DNA of 64,000 bases, taken from positions 21,945-85,944 of the forward strand of contig JBGUGE010000076.1 of the NCBI GenBank assembly GCA_045111335.1, given 5' to 3'. Made by a program: the position numbers and the translations under genes. The notes beneath the pieces are model-generated. The model was not told the DNA's origin and did no database searches. It saw only the letters and a program-made list of their open reading frames with translations. Positions 16,948 through 28,167 of this stretch are shown here, piece after piece. The first letter of the stretch is position 1, and the number at the start of each line of letters is the position of its first letter. Source of the DNA: Alphaproteobacteria bacterium (GTDB taxonomy: Bacteria; Pseudomonadota; Alphaproteobacteria; RF32; CAG-239).

Positions 16948-19394
16948 CGACGAGTGTTCCCATTATTTCTGGAGGAGCTGCCTGTCTGACGGGAATCAGT
17001 GTCATGTTCGGTGTGATTTTTGAGTTTGTTAAAGTTATCTTTGCGTTGTATATTGCGTTTATTATCGGCTTCGTAGCGCTCTTTTCGGTCGACAATATCT
17101 TGATTCCATGCTTTTTCTTTGCGCTCGCCGGTTCTTTCTTCGCGTGCTGCTTGCTCCATACCCATTCTTTCCGTATTTCTGCTGACAGCGCGCGGTTGCA
17201 CCTCTTGCTCGTCTTCCGGCTCGCGATATTTGTTATACGCCTTATCGAACACTGCACCCTGTGCGCGAATTTCCTGTTCTAACAGCTTCTTTTGCGTGGC
17301 GTCAGCGGTAATATGATGTTCGCATAGTTTAAAGCCCAGATTTCTGCCGGCAACACTGATATCCGACAAATACGTATCACGCATTTCGGCAGCAGCGGCA
17401 TCCATAATATCCTTTTGCTGCTTAAGCGATAATTTGGCATTCGGGTCGAGGTTTTTCTCGTGCTTAAAGTCAATTTCCTTTTGCTCATAAATCTTCGAAA
17501 TGGTTTCAGCCATATCATACATTTTAACCAGAGTATCTTTGCGAATTTTCTCCGCCGCCGCAGCATTGCCGACAAGCTCTTTGTCAGGATTTTTACGAAC
17601 ATAATCCATTGTTGCCAAATATGAACACATGTATATTTGCTCTTCCGAAAACATGGTTTGTAAGAATTTCGGATTCTTCTCTAAAACATCCATGTTTTTC
17701 ACAAACAAGTCTTTATCGGCCATATAAGAATTGTTGAGCTTGGCAATAAATCCCTGATGATTGGCCGGATTAAACCCCGGAACAGGCTTCCATTTGCTCG
17801 GCGCTTTACCGATATTTTGCTTAATATATTTAGTCAAACCGGCGAGCATTTCCGGTTTACCCAATATGCGTTTCACGTCCTGAATATAGGCATCACGGGC
17901 AACAAAAGATATATCCTGCATCTGCTTGAGAAAACCTGTGGCAGCCGGTGACAACGTATTTGCCTGAGAATTTCTTGCCGGAGGTGTGGCACTCGGAGGT
18001 GTTCCGGTAGCCTGATTGCCGGCTTGCTGAGTATTCTGCGGGACCGTTGCGGTAGCCGACTTATGCGGAATTTGACCGGATTCGCCGGTAAGATAATCAA
18101 TTAGGCCGTCAGCTCCCTGAAAAGTCTTTTTAAGTCCGTAGTTAATCAACCCCAAGAACCATACGTTATATAAGTATTTGATTAAATCCTGTTCACTTAC
18201 CGCCTGAAAATCGAATCCGCCAGATCCGTGTTTGGAATCTCTGCCCGGCTTTTCCATTTGCGCCGATTTTTCTTCTTCTTCATCATCTTGCGGATTAGGT
18301 TGCGGCGGAGTGTTGGTCTCAACGTTCAGGTTCTCCGGTTGTGCCGAGAACGTAAGAGTGTTACCGTCTTCCGGCAAGCCGCCAAAACGCACCGGATCCG
18401 GCGTGTTTTCGGTCTGTTCTGCCTGCTTCGGTTGTTGCGGATGTTCGGCGGCAAATCGCACGGCTTTTTCATAAGCATCTTTCATCATGAACGATTTTTT
18501 AGCCAAGTCACTGTATCTAATCTTGCGTCCGGTGGTGCTGTTTTCATGATTAAAGGCTTCATAAAGCATATCCGCATCAAAATTTTTGAGCGTATCCTGA
18601 ATTTCAACCATGGTTTGTGCATTATTATACAATATTTCACGGGTTTGCGGGTCTTTGATGCGCTTTTCCTTAAATTCAAGTGCATAAGTATTCATTGCCA
18701 CCACATCAAGCATACTCTTGCCGCTTTGCGGGTTAGGCTGAGTAATAAACTCGACGATTTGCTTATTATCGACTTTCCCTTCCTGTTGCAGCTGTTGCAA
18801 AGCCTTGAGCGTATTATTTATGCCGGACAGATTCTGAAATCCCAATTTTTCGGTTTCTTTGGAACCTTCAGGCACCGGAGCCGGAAACATCAAGGTCCGG
18901 AAAAGCGCCTTTTGAGAATCCGAAAGCTGATCCAAGCCGAATTTTTCTATTCCGGCCTTAATTGTATCAACATCAAAGTGTCCCTTTTTCAATTCTTTAC
19001 AAAAGAGAATAAATTCATCATCCGCTGTTTTCGGTTTGTCGGTGTTTTCCTCTTGGCTATCCTGATATTCGGAAGCTTTTGCCAACGGAACGGATTCGGT
19101 TTTTTTGGTTTTTTCGTTATAAAAAGCAATGTTCAGTGATTTATCTTCGGATTCATCGTTATAGATAACCGGTCGTTGCAGGTGCGGATTATTTTTCATA
19201 AATGCATAAACCCCTTTAACCTGAGCCTCGTTGATGATGCAGTTGCGCTGAATAATATCGAGATTTTTATTCGGATCGCTGTTGTGCACCAAGCGAATTA
19301 CTCCGTCGCCGTCATTATAAAAGCTCGGTTTGCTGCTTGTAATCGTGAACTCGGATAAGTCGATGTTCGTAAAATCTTCCGTTCTATCAGCCAT
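16944..19394 (-). CDS. large hypothetical protein (816 aa), no recognisable domain
   Basis: Long uninterrupted ORF with native codon usage and an AGGAG SD. It has Q/P/T-rich linkers, one short central hydrophobic stretch, and a basic C-terminal ~100 aa. Confidence 0.6.
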   Translation of the reverse strand: MADRTEDFTNIDLSEFTITSSKPSFYNDGDGVIRLVHNSDPNKNLDIIQRNCIINEAQVKGVYAFMKNNPHLQRPVIYNDESEDKSLNIAFYNEKTKKTESVPLAKASEYQDSQEENTDKPKTADDEFILFCKELKKGHFDVDTIKAGIEKFGLDQLSDSQKALFRTLMFPAPVPEGSKETEKLGFQNLSGINNTLKALQQLQQEGKVDNKQIVEFITQPNPQSGKSMLDVVAMNTYALEFKEKRIKDPQTREILYNNAQTMVEIQDTLKNFDADMLYEAFNHENSTTGRKIRYSDLAKKSFMMKDAYEKAVRFAAEHPQQPKQAEQTENTPDPVRFGGLPEDGNTLTFSAQPENLNVETNTPPQPNPQDDEEEEKSAQMEKPGRDSKHGSGGFDFQAVSEQDLIKYLYNVWFLGLINYGLKKTFQGADGLIDYLTGESGQIPHKSATATVPQNTQQAGNQATGTPPSATPPARNSQANTLSPAATGFLKQMQDISFVARDAYIQDVKRILGKPEMLAGLTKYIKQNIGKAPSKWKPVPGFNPANHQGFIAKLNNSYMADKDLFVKNMDVLEKNPKFLQTMFSEEQIYMCSYLATMDYVRKNPDKELVGNAAAAEKIRKDTLVKMYDMAETISKIYEQKEIDFKHEKNLDPNAKLSLKQQKDIMDAAAAEMRDTYLSDISVAGRNLGFKLCEHHITADATQKKLLEQEIRAQGAVFDKAYNKYREPEDEQEVQPRAVSRNTERMGMEQAAREERTGERKEKAWNQDIVDRKERYEADNKRNIQRKDNFNKLKNHTEHDTDSRQTGSSSRNNGNTRR

Positions 19395-19475
19395 TTGAGA
19401 ATCTCCTGCCTAACATATAATTTTTATTAAATATAACATAAAAAAACGTTTTTGTCCACATTTATTTTATTTTGC

Positions 19476-20423
19476 CTAAACTTTTACCTTTTTCATAAAT
19501 TTGCCGATTTCTATATTAACACGAATCCCGTCCTTGGGAGTGACCTTAATCAGCCCGAAGAGACGCGGCTTAATTTTGGCAAAATCAATCGGCGCAAAAA
19601 TTGCCGGATTGGTGGTCAGGGCTTGAAATGCGCCGTCCACATCCTTTTGTGCCACTCGGAAATAGTTACTGATTAAGCGCTCGGCATCAATCGGAAAATC
19701 TTTCTTTTCGACTTCTTCCACAAACCGATTCTGTCGCTCTTTACGTGCCAAATATTCTTCATACAGCAGGCGTTTGATGTGTTTTTCCTGATATTTGATG
19801 AGTTTTGCCTGATAAGACAACTCACAACTTTCCATATCAATTAAAATTTCAACATAAGAAATAACGGCCAACTGCAAATCCTGATCGCGCAACGTTTCGG
19901 CAAAATTCAAAAATTCTTCATCGGTTGACGTTACCTGAAACCGCCCGACACTTTCCGGAAAAGCCTCGCGCAAAACGTTCCATCCCGTAATCAGGTCATC
20001 GGCCAGCAAATGACCGACACTCGGCTTATAATTCGGGTACAGATAATCGATTTCAAAACGCCAGTCAATGGCCGGAAGTTGCTTGGCTACGCAAATTTTA
20101 TTAATGGAGCTTTTATAGTTGATAAAGGCCTGTGCCAATTCCGATTCCTCACTTTTTAACTCCGGTGTTTTTTCATCTTCATCAATCACCGCGCGGGCGT
20201 ATTCAAATGTTTCCGCCAACTCCGAATCAAGTTCTTCCGAAGCTGCTTTGTTTTCGGCTTCTCCCTGCTCGCTTAAGGTAAAATCGTCTTTTGCCGTATC
20301 GGCAGAAGGTTTGTTTTCTGTCTTGTCATCGTCGTCCTCAAAGTCGTCAACTTTGGAGTTAATAAAGCTGTTTAAGAGTTTTTCAAAATCGTCGCCGTCG
20401 CTGAAAGTATCGTCTTCATTCAT
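19476..20423 (-). CDS. hypothetical protein with strongly acidic N-terminal ~100 aa
   Basis: 315-aa ORF, the first gene of the minus-strand cluster. It is divergent from rluD, and I recognised no motif. Confidence 0.55.
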   Translation of the reverse strand: MNEDDTFSDGDDFEKLLNSFINSKVDDFEDDDDKTENKPSADTAKDDFTLSEQGEAENKAASEELDSELAETFEYARAVIDEDEKTPELKSEESELAQAFINYKSSINKICVAKQLPAIDWRFEIDYLYPNYKPSVGHLLADDLITGWNVLREAFPESVGRFQVTSTDEEFLNFAETLRDQDLQLAVISYVEILIDMESCELSYQAKLIKYQEKHIKRLLYEEYLARKERQNRFVEEVEKKDFPIDAERLISNYFRVAQKDVDGAFQALTTNPAIFAPIDFAKIKPRLFGLIKVTPKDGIRVNIEIGKFMKKVKV

Positions 20424-20451
20424 AAAATAAGCACTCCTCGTTAAACTTTTC

Positions 20452-20480
20452 TTGCAATTGAGTATATCAACCCTTATTAT
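20452..20480 (+). promoter_or_regulatory. putative sigma70-type promoter for rluD
   Basis: TTGCAA-N17-TATTAT, 42 nt upstream of the rluD ATG. Confidence 0.4.
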
Positions 20481-20521
20481 AAAATAAAAGCAAAATCGTA
20501 AAAATAATATAAAAAGGCGAC

Positions 20522-21496
20522 ATGATTACGGAAAATTTGATTATAACGCCGGAAGTTGCGGCACATGAGGCTAAAATGCGTTTGGATAAATATCTGACGC
20601 AACAACTGCCGGATATGTCTCGTTCGCGAATCCAAAAGCTGATAGAAACGGGTATGGTCACTTGCGAAGAGGTTGTGATTGCCGATAATTCGTTCAAGGT
20701 ACGAACGGGTGATTCGTTTCAGATTACGATTCCTCCGCCGCAAGAGGCCGAACCTCAGGCCGAAAATATTGCTCTTGACGTTGTTTATGAAGATGATGAT
20801 TTGATTGTGATTAACAAACCGGCGGGAATGACGGTTCATCCGGCAGCCGGCGCGTATCACGGTACGTTAGTCAATGCTCTTTTGTATCATTGTCGCCACA
20901 ATTTATCCGGTATCGGCGGGGTTAAGCGCCCCGGTATTGTGCACCGAATTGATAAAGAAACCAGCGGGCTTTTGGTGGCGGCCAAAAATGATTATGCCCA
21001 TGCTTTTTTGAGCGAACAATTTGCCGAACATTCGATTGAGCGTACATATTTGGCGGTTGTTTACGGGGTTTTTAACCCACCGAGCGGACGTATTGAAGGT
21101 AATATCGGTCGCAGTCGTTTTGACCGCAAAAAAATGGCGATTGTTGAAACAGGCGGAAAATTTGCGGCTACCAATTACCAAACCCTGCAAATATATAAAA
21201 ACACGCTGTCGTTGGTGCAATGCAACCTTGAAACCGGCCGCACTCACCAAATCAGAGTGCATTTAAGCAGCAAGGGTCATGCGCTTGTCGGGGACAAGGT
21301 GTATGTTAAAAATAAAAAATCCGAATTAGCTCTGCCTGCCGAGCTTAAAAATTACGTTAATTCCTTTCCGCGACAGGCACTTCATGCCAAAAGTTTGGGG
21401 TTTATTCATCCGCGCAGCAAACAGATGCTGCAATTTGATTCCGAGTTACCGCCGGATATGGCCGAATTAGTGGCAGAGTTATCAACAGCCGATTGA
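20522..21496 (+). CDS. rluD: 23S rRNA pseudouridine synthase RluD family
   Basis: S4 domain (RLDKYL), catalytic HRIDKETSGLL motif, and the HQIRVH motif. Confidence 0.85.
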   Translation: MITENLIITPEVAAHEAKMRLDKYLTQQLPDMSRSRIQKLIETGMVTCEEVVIADNSFKVRTGDSFQITIPPPQEAEPQAENIALDVVYEDDDLIVINKPAGMTVHPAAGAYHGTLVNALLYHCRHNLSGIGGVKRPGIVHRIDKETSGLLVAAKNDYAHAFLSEQFAEHSIERTYLAVVYGVFNPPSGRIEGNIGRSRFDRKKMAIVETGGKFAATNYQTLQIYKNTLSLVQCNLETGRTHQIRVHLSSKGHALVGDKVYVKNKKSELALPAELKNYVNSFPRQALHAKSLGFIHPRSKQMLQFDSELPPDMAELVAELSTAD

Positions 21497-21596
21497 TTTT
21501 ATATACTCCTTTATATGTTTTCACATCTAAAGTTCAGGTTGTGAAACCTTTCGTCCGTTCTTATCATTTGAGACGGTCAACAGAAAGGAGAACGAG

Positions 21597-22469
21597 ATGG
21601 AAACTGCTCTTACCGGACTGGACTTTTCGCCTGACACTAATCTGTCGCGTTATTTACAAAACATTCGCAAATATCCGCTTTTATCGCAGGAAGAAGAATA
21701 CGAATTAGCGGTAAAATATAAGGAAACTCAAGACAAAGATATTGCATACAAGCTGATTACGGCGCATTTGCGCTTGGTAATCAAAGTTGTTTCAAAATAT
21801 AAAGGCTACGGTTTGCCGATTAACGAAATGATTTCGGAAGGTAATATCGGGCTTTTATATGCCATTAACAAATTTGAACCGGATAAAGGCTTTCGCTTTT
21901 CAACCTACGCTTTGTGGTGGATTAAGGCGGCGGTGCAAAAATATATTTTAAACTCATGGTCGCTGGTTAAATTGGGTACTACCGCGGCGCAGAAAAAGTT
22001 GTTTTTTAATCTGCGCAAAATCAAAAACAATCTCAATTTAACCGATGATCGTGAACTTTCCAATCAAATTATTCAAGATATTGCCGATTCGCTTGATGTC
22101 AGTGCTCAGGAAGTTACCGACATGAATACACGACTGAAGGCACATGACGGCTCGCTGAATATTTCGGTTGATTCTCAGAGTGCGGAAGGGGGTGCCGAGT
22201 GGATTGATTTTATTTATGATACCAAGCCCAATCAGGAAGAACAGCTGGCATATCGCGAAACCATGAACTATCGGCGCAAACTGTTCAATCGCGCGATTAC
22301 TGTGCTCAATCCGCGTGAAAAAGATATTCTGTATAAGCGTCGGATGAGTGAAGAAAGCATTACTTTGGACGATTTAAGCAGAACCTATAATATTTCTAAG
22401 GAACGAGTGCGTCAAATTGAGCTCAATTCGATTCGCAAAATCACCAAGGCCATCGAATTAATGCAATAG
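21597..22469 (+). CDS. rpoH: RNA polymerase sigma-32 factor RpoH
   Basis: Sigma70 regions 2-4, plus a RpoH-box-like QKKLFFNLRK. Confidence 0.9.
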   Translation: METALTGLDFSPDTNLSRYLQNIRKYPLLSQEEEYELAVKYKETQDKDIAYKLITAHLRLVIKVVSKYKGYGLPINEMISEGNIGLLYAINKFEPDKGFRFSTYALWWIKAAVQKYILNSWSLVKLGTTAAQKKLFFNLRKIKNNLNLTDDRELSNQIIQDIADSLDVSAQEVTDMNTRLKAHDGSLNISVDSQSAEGGAEWIDFIYDTKPNQEEQLAYRETMNYRRKLFNRAITVLNPREKDILYKRRMSEESITLDDLSRTYNISKERVRQIELNSIRKITKAIELMQ

Positions 22470-22528
22470 AGCGGTATTGAAAAAGTCGGCAGAGAACATA
22501 TTTTACTTGCAAACAACCGGAGGATTTC

Positions 22529-23659
22529 ATGAAGGAAGAATATAAAAAAATACTCGGTCGTGTGATTGTCATGATTGTGCTGATATTCGGCTTAAATTGG
22601 GGTTATTGGGCATATCATCATCGTCATTCTCCGATAGGGATTAAGGCGGAAGATTTACCGCAAGTTGCGGTGTTTGAACCGCGAGCGCAAAATATAACCG
22701 TTACCAACAACTTTATCGGTCAGGTGGATGCTATCAATGCCGCTCAGATTGTGCCGTATATAAGCGGTTATATTGTCAGCATCAGCGCTCACGGCGGGCA
22801 ATTTGTAAAAAAAGGAGAGATTTTGGCGACCATAAAACAGGAAGAATATCGTGCCGCTTTGGCACAAGCCGAGGCAGATGTTTCTGCCGCTCATGCCGAT
22901 TTATTTAATGCCAAAATCAAATTTGAACGTATGCAAAATGCCGGAGATAAGGCTGTCTCGCCGACGGATTTGGATAATGCCGAGGCCGATTACCTGACTG
23001 CCGCCGCTGCCCTCAAAAAAGCAGAAGCCGGACAGGAATCGGCACAAACCGAATATGATTACACCCACTTAACCGCACCGTTTGACGGGGTTTTGGGTAA
23101 TATTAACATGTCGGTGGGCGAATATGTATCGCCGCAGAGTCGTAATTTAATGGAAGTGGTGCAATATGACCCGATTCGGGTGGTATTTTCCGTGTCGGAT
23201 AAGGAATACTTAAATCATTTCAAAAATTACGAACCGCAGAATTTGGTGGTGAAATTAAAATTGGCCAACGGCGAGATTTTTGAGCAAACCGGAACCATTA
23301 AGTATGCCGCAAATCAGGTTGACAACAGCACCGGCTCGGTGGCGATATATGTGGAATTTGCCAATCCTGACCGCAAGTTGATGCCCAATGCGTTTGTTGA
23401 AGTGCTGTTGGAGCGAACCTATGATAATGTGATACTGTTTCCCAAAAACAGGGTGGATATGCGGCCGGACGGCGATTATATAAGCGTAGTTGAAAACGGG
23501 GTGATTAAAACCCGTAAAATTCACATATATGGCACTTTTGACAATCAGTACGTAATTAACGATGACTTTGCCGCAGATACTTATTTGGTAAACGAAAGTA
23601 TAGAGCCGCGGCTTATCAACCAAAGGGTCAGCATTAAAAATTTGGCGGAGAAAGATTAA
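22529..23659 (+). CDS. RND efflux membrane-fusion (periplasmic adaptor) protein
   Basis: N-terminal anchor, a coiled-coil hairpin, and YTHLTAPFDGVLGNINMSVGEYV typical of the HlyD/AcrA family. It abuts the RND pump gene. Confidence 0.85.
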   Translation: MKEEYKKILGRVIVMIVLIFGLNWGYWAYHHRHSPIGIKAEDLPQVAVFEPRAQNITVTNNFIGQVDAINAAQIVPYISGYIVSISAHGGQFVKKGEILATIKQEEYRAALAQAEADVSAAHADLFNAKIKFERMQNAGDKAVSPTDLDNAEADYLTAAAALKKAEAGQESAQTEYDYTHLTAPFDGVLGNINMSVGEYVSPQSRNLMEVVQYDPIRVVFSVSDKEYLNHFKNYEPQNLVVKLKLANGEIFEQTGTIKYAANQVDNSTGSVAIYVEFANPDRKLMPNAFVEVLLERTYDNVILFPKNRVDMRPDGDYISVVENGVIKTRKIHIYGTFDNQYVINDDFAADTYLVNESIEPRLINQRVSIKNLAEKD

Positions 23660-26600
23660 ATGTTTTCGGCGTTTTTCATTAATCGTCCGCGCTTTGCTAT
23701 TGTGGTTTCAATAGTGATGATTCTGCTCGGATTACTGGCCTTGGCGGTGCTGCCGGTGGCTCAATATCCGGAAATTACGCCGCCGCAGATTGTGGTTTCT
23801 ACCACTTATATAGGTGCCAATGCCGAAGTTTTGGCCGATACGGTGGCGATTCCTATTGAAAATTCGGTCAACGGCGTTGATAATATGCTGTATATGTCAT
23901 CATCATCCGATGACAACGGTTCGTATAAGCTGACGGTTACCTTTGAAGTAGGCACCGATGCCGATATTGCGCAGGTTAAGGTGCAGAATCGTTTGCAACA
24001 GGTTACTTCGGAACTTCCGCAAGATGTTACGCAATACGGACTTGATGTTAAGACACAAAATTCAAATATTTTAGCGATGTTGGTGTTGCGTTCACCCAAT
24101 CATACATACGATGATTTATTTTTGAGCAACTATGCTTATACCAATTTGAAAAATGCCATATCGCGCGTTAAGGGAGTGGGCGATGTGCAGATTTTCGGTC
24201 CGCAATACAGCATGCGGATATGGCTTAACAGCGACAAACTTTACGGCATGGGTTTAACGGCGGCAGATGTGATGACGGCAGTCAAAAATCAAAATGTGCA
24301 GGCATCGGTAGGCAGTATCGGTGCCGCACCGAGCGATCGCGACAATAAAATCGTGCTTTCGCTGACGGCTAAGGGGTTGTTGCAAACGGTGGAAGACTTT
24401 GAAAATATTGTGGTTGCCTCCTCTGCCGACGGCGGTATTGTATATCTTAAAGATGTGGCCAATATTGAACTCGGTGCCGATATTTATAATCTGAAATCGG
24501 CATATAATGATACGCCGGCGCTGATTATGGCTATCAATCAGACCCCAAACTCCAATTCGTTGCAAATTATGAAGAACTTGCGCCAAAAAATTGCCGAGAT
24601 GACGGAACAGCTGCCGCCGGATATGGAATTCCGCGTGCTGTATGATTCAACGGACTATGTACGTGCCTCTATCGAAAGTATTTTGGATACGCTGCTGATT
24701 ACATTTTTGTTGGTGGTATTGGTGACTTATATTTTTTTGCAAAAAATCACCACCACATTGATTCCGTTACTGACGATTCCGGTATCGTTGATAGCGACTT
24801 TTGCCATAATTTATGCGCTCGGTTACAATATCAACATTCTGACGTTGTTCGCCATGATTTTAGCCATCGGTTTGGTGGTTGATGACGCCATTATTGTGGT
24901 TGAACGGGTGCAATATCTTATAAGTAAAAACAACTTAAACTCTCATGATGCGGCGATAAAAGCCATGCAGGAAATCGGTGGGGCCGTGGTGGCTACTACT
25001 TTTGTGTTGCTGGCAATTTTTATTCCGGTCGGGCTAATGGCCGGCATCACCGGCAAAATATATCAGCAATTTGCCGTTACCATTGCAACGGCCGTCAGTT
25101 TTTCCTCGATTAATGCGCTTACTCTCAGTCCGGCTTTATGCTCCATTTTTTTGCAAGACGAAGCCTCGCAAAAAATCAGTGTGTTTTTTCAAAAATTTGA
25201 TGCCGGACTTGATTGGACCAAGAAACATTATTTGCACTTTGTCGGCTATTTTTCGGAGCGTCTGAAGCTGACGGCGGGGATTGTACTTGCTACGATTGTT
25301 GTCATCTGCCTGTTTTTCAAATGGACACCGACTTCGTTTTTGCCGGAAGAAGATCAGGGTATTTTATTTGCCAATGTGCAGTTATCGGATATTTCCGGCA
25401 TTAATCGCACCAACGACGTCATCAGTGAAATGAATAAACGTGTTTTGCAGACGGCGGGTGTAAAATATTTTATGACGGTGGCCGGTTACAGTATGCTCGG
25501 CGGCGGAGGCGAAAATGTGGCGTTCGGAGTTATAGGGCTTGAGCCGTGGAGCGAACGCACTGCCAAAAATCTTTCGGTTGAGGCGATTCGCCAAGAACTC
25601 AGTCGCAAATTTGCCGATTTTACCGAGGCTGAAATTAACTTTTTTGCACCGCCGGCAATTGTCGGAGTAGGGCAGAGTAACGGCATATCGTTTGAATTTT
25701 TAGCCACCGATAATGAAATTTCCGCAACCGAATTAGCTCGCGAGCTGAATAAATATTTGCTCGAGGTCAACAGCTCACCGGATTTCAGTTACGCCTTCTC
25801 AACTTTTACCGCCGATACACCGCACATTTATCTTGATATTGACCGTCGCAAGGCCGAATATTACAAAGTCAGCGTAGCGGATTTGTTTGCGGTTCTGCAG
25901 AATAACCTCGGGTCGCGCTATATCAACAACATTACTTTAAGCGGACAGGTTAATAAGGTTATTTTGCAGGCGGATTATGCATATCGCGGCAGCATAGAAG
26001 ATATCGGTCGTTTGCAGGTACGGACTCAAGACGGAAAACTGATTCGCCTTGACAGCTTTGCCAATGTTGAGACCGAACTCTCGCCAAAGACGATTTATCG
26101 CTTTAATCAATACACATCGGCAAGCGTAACCGCCATGTCGCGAGAGGGAACAAGCAGCGGCACCGCTTTGGATATGTTGGAGAATATTCGGAAGAAAATT
26201 TCTGAAAATTATAATATTGCGTGGACCGGATTGAGTTTGCAAGAAGTGGAAAACCGCGGAGTTGCCGTATTTTTAATTGCGTTGGCAGCGGTATTTTGTT
26301 ATTTGTTTTTGGTGGCGTTGTACGAAAGTTGGTTTTTGGCGCTTTCGGTTATTTTCTCGACTATATTTGCCATTTTAGGAGCGTTGATCGGATTGTACTT
26401 TATGGGTGAATCCTTAAGTATTTATGCTCAGCTCGGTTTGGTTATGCTGATTGGTTTGGCGGCCAAGAATGCAATTTTGATTGTGGAATTTACCAAAATG
26501 TATCGGGAACAAGGGTTCAGCATTGTTGAAGCCGCAAAAAAAGGAGCAGAAGAGCGTTATCGGGCAGTGTTGATGACGGCGTTTACCTTTATTTTGGGCG

Positions 26601-26785
26601 TTTTTCCGATGATTGTAGCCAAAGGGGCGGGTGCCGGTTCGCAAATTGCCATCGGTTCGGCGGTATTCTTCGGTATGATTTTTGCCACCGTCATCGGGAT
26701 TGTGTTTATACCGCCGCTGTTTGCCGTTTTTGAAACCTTAAAAGAGCATTTTCAACCGCAGCCAAAGGAGAATAAAAATGCGTAA
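23660..26785 (+). CDS. RND-family multidrug efflux permease (AcrB/HAE1-like)
   Basis: 1041 aa with a 12-TM architecture, FFINRP N-terminus, [12 protein letters not shown] and [11 protein letters not shown] motifs. Confidence 0.95.
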   Translation: MFSAFFINRPRFAIVVSIVMILLGLLALAVLPVAQYPEITPPQIVVSTTYIGANAEVLADTVAIPIENSVNGVDNMLYMSSSSDDNGSYKLTVTFEVGTDADIAQVKVQNRLQQVTSELPQDVTQYGLDVKTQNSNILAMLVLRSPNHTYDDLFLSNYAYTNLKNAISRVKGVGDVQIFGPQYSMRIWLNSDKLYGMGLTAADVMTAVKNQNVQASVGSIGAAPSDRDNKIVLSLTAKGLLQTVEDFENIVVASSADGGIVYLKDVANIELGADIYNLKSAYNDTPALIMAINQTPNSNSLQIMKNLRQKIAEMTEQLPPDMEFRVLYDSTDYVRASIESILDTLLITFLLVVLVTYIFLQKITTTLIPLLTIPVSLIATFAIIYALGYNINILTLFAMILAIGLVVDDAIIVVERVQYLISKNNLNSHDAAIKAMQEIGGAVVATTFVLLAIFIPVGLMAGITGKIYQQFAVTIATAVSFSSINALTLSPALCSIFLQDEASQKISVFFQKFDAGLDWTKKHYLHFVGYFSERLKLTAGIVLATIVVICLFFKWTPTSFLPEEDQGILFANVQLSDISGINRTNDVISEMNKRVLQTAGVKYFMTVAGYSMLGGGGENVAFGVIGLEPWSERTAKNLSVEAIRQELSRKFADFTEAEINFFAPPAIVGVGQSNGISFEFLATDNEISATELARELNKYLLEVNSSPDFSYAFSTFTADTPHIYLDIDRRKAEYYKVSVADLFAVLQNNLGSRYINNITLSGQVNKVILQADYAYRGSIEDIGRLQVRTQDGKLIRLDSFANVETELSPKTIYRFNQYTSASVTAMSREGTSSGTALDMLENIRKKISENYNIAWTGLSLQEVENRGVAVFLIALAAVFCYLFLVALYESWFLALSVIFSTIFAILGALIGLYFMGESLSIYAQLGLVMLIGLAAKNAILIVEFTKMYREQGFSIVEAAKKGAEERYRAVLMTAFTFILGVFPMIVAKGAGAGSQIAIGSAVFFGMIFATVIGIVFIPPLFAVFETLKEHFQPQPKENKNA

Positions 26786-28154
26786 GATTTTGTTGTGCGG
26801 CGTGAGTTTGGTTTGTGCGGCGTGCAATGTCGGACCGGATTATGTCAGACCGGAATTCTATGATGACGCGACGCTGATGCGGGAATTGAACTTACAGCAA
26901 AACCAAGCGTTGCCGGAAAAATGGTATCGACAACTCGGCGATTCGCACTTGAACAATTTGGTGGCAAAAGGTTTGCAAAACAGTACCGATATTCATAGTG
27001 CCGTTGCTCGATTGCATCAGGCAAGAGCCGAGTTAAACATAGACCGTGCCGCATATTTTCCGCAAGTCGGTTTTCAAGGCGGTTATAATTACGAAAAATA
27101 CAGCGACAATATAGGAATGGCGATTAATTCACACTATTATTCCGCCGGGTTTGATGCTTCATGGGAGGCCGATTTGTGGGGTAAAGAACGCCGCCAAACC
27201 GAGGCAGATGTGGCAAAATTGAGTGCGGCCGAATATACGCTGCAAGATGTAAAACTGACCGTTGCCGCCGAGATTGCCGCCGATTACATCAGCTTGTTGC
27301 AGAATATGGAAAATCTGCGATTGGCCGAACAAAATGCACGCCTGCAAAAGGATATTTCGGATACGGTAAAGGCTAAATATCAGAACGGCCTGAGCGATGA
27401 AACCGCCTATCGTGAGGCCCAATATTTGTGGGAAAACACCCGGGCGCAAATTCCGCAATATCGGGCCGCGGTTGAGCAATATAAAAATGCATTGGCTACG
27501 GTTATCGGGGTGCTGCCGTCTGATTTAGATATGGCGGAAATTCGCGCACATGCGATTTTGCATCAGAAAACTGCGCCGGATTTATCGAAGTTTCCTCTTT
27601 ATGTGGTGCGCTTGCGGCCGGATGTGGCGGCGGCCGAGCAAGAGTTGGTGGCACAAAATGCGTCGGTCGGAGTTGCGGTAGCTGAGCTGTATCCGGATGT
27701 CAGTATCAGCGGATTATGGGGATATGCCGCTCAAGGAGGAAGTAAACTTATTCGCTCAAGCAGTCAGACTTATAATTACGCGCCGTTGGTAACTTTGCCG
27801 CTGTTGGATTGGAATCGTCTGCAAAACAATATCGAATTGCAGGAATATATCCGGCAGGAAGCCTTAGAAAATTATAAGCAATCAATCTTGAATGCCGTTG
27901 CCGAAATCAGAAATGCGCAGACAGCGTATGCGGAAAATAAACGCGTTGCCGAAAATAAATTTGCCGCCCTCAAAAATATGCAAACGGCAGCCGAATTAAC
28001 GCAAACAAAATATAAAAACGGGCTGATTGAATTTTCCGATGTAATGCGCACCCAGCAAAATCTGTTGACCGCACAGCAGGAGTATGTGGCGGCAACGGCA
28101 CAAATCATGCAAAGTCTGATTGCTTTTTATAAAGCTATTGGCGCTCCGGTTTAG
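26778..28154 (+). CDS. efflux outer-membrane factor lipoprotein (NodT/OprM family)
   Basis: Lipobox LVCAAC and two OEP repeats. The start overlaps the RND gene stop by 8 nt. Confidence 0.85.
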   Translation: MRKILLCGVSLVCAACNVGPDYVRPEFYDDATLMRELNLQQNQALPEKWYRQLGDSHLNNLVAKGLQNSTDIHSAVARLHQARAELNIDRAAYFPQVGFQGGYNYEKYSDNIGMAINSHYYSAGFDASWEADLWGKERRQTEADVAKLSAAEYTLQDVKLTVAAEIAADYISLLQNMENLRLAEQNARLQKDISDTVKAKYQNGLSDETAYREAQYLWENTRAQIPQYRAAVEQYKNALATVIGVLPSDLDMAEIRAHAILHQKTAPDLSKFPLYVVRLRPDVAAAEQELVAQNASVGVAVAELYPDVSISGLWGYAAQGGSKLIRSSSQTYNYAPLVTLPLLDWNRLQNNIELQEYIRQEALENYKQSILNAVAEIRNAQTAYAENKRVAENKFAALKNMQTAAELTQTKYKNGLIEFSDVMRTQQNLLTAQQEYVAATAQIMQSLIAFYKAIGAPV

Positions 28155-28167
28155 ATATCCGAAAAGT

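Noticed and set aside
12672-20423. Reading the T4CP cluster as a complete conjugative element or T4SS.
   Set aside because: No VirB/Trb/Dot channel genes, pilin, relaxase, oriT-like repeats or integrase are present in the cluster or the window. Codon usage is native. Only the coupling ATPase is identifiable.
28155-28167. Convergent RND outer-membrane factor and lipoprotein genes only 13 nt apart without a terminator hairpin.
   Set aside because: This is unusual but not informative on its own. No structure or motif could be supported in 13 nt.
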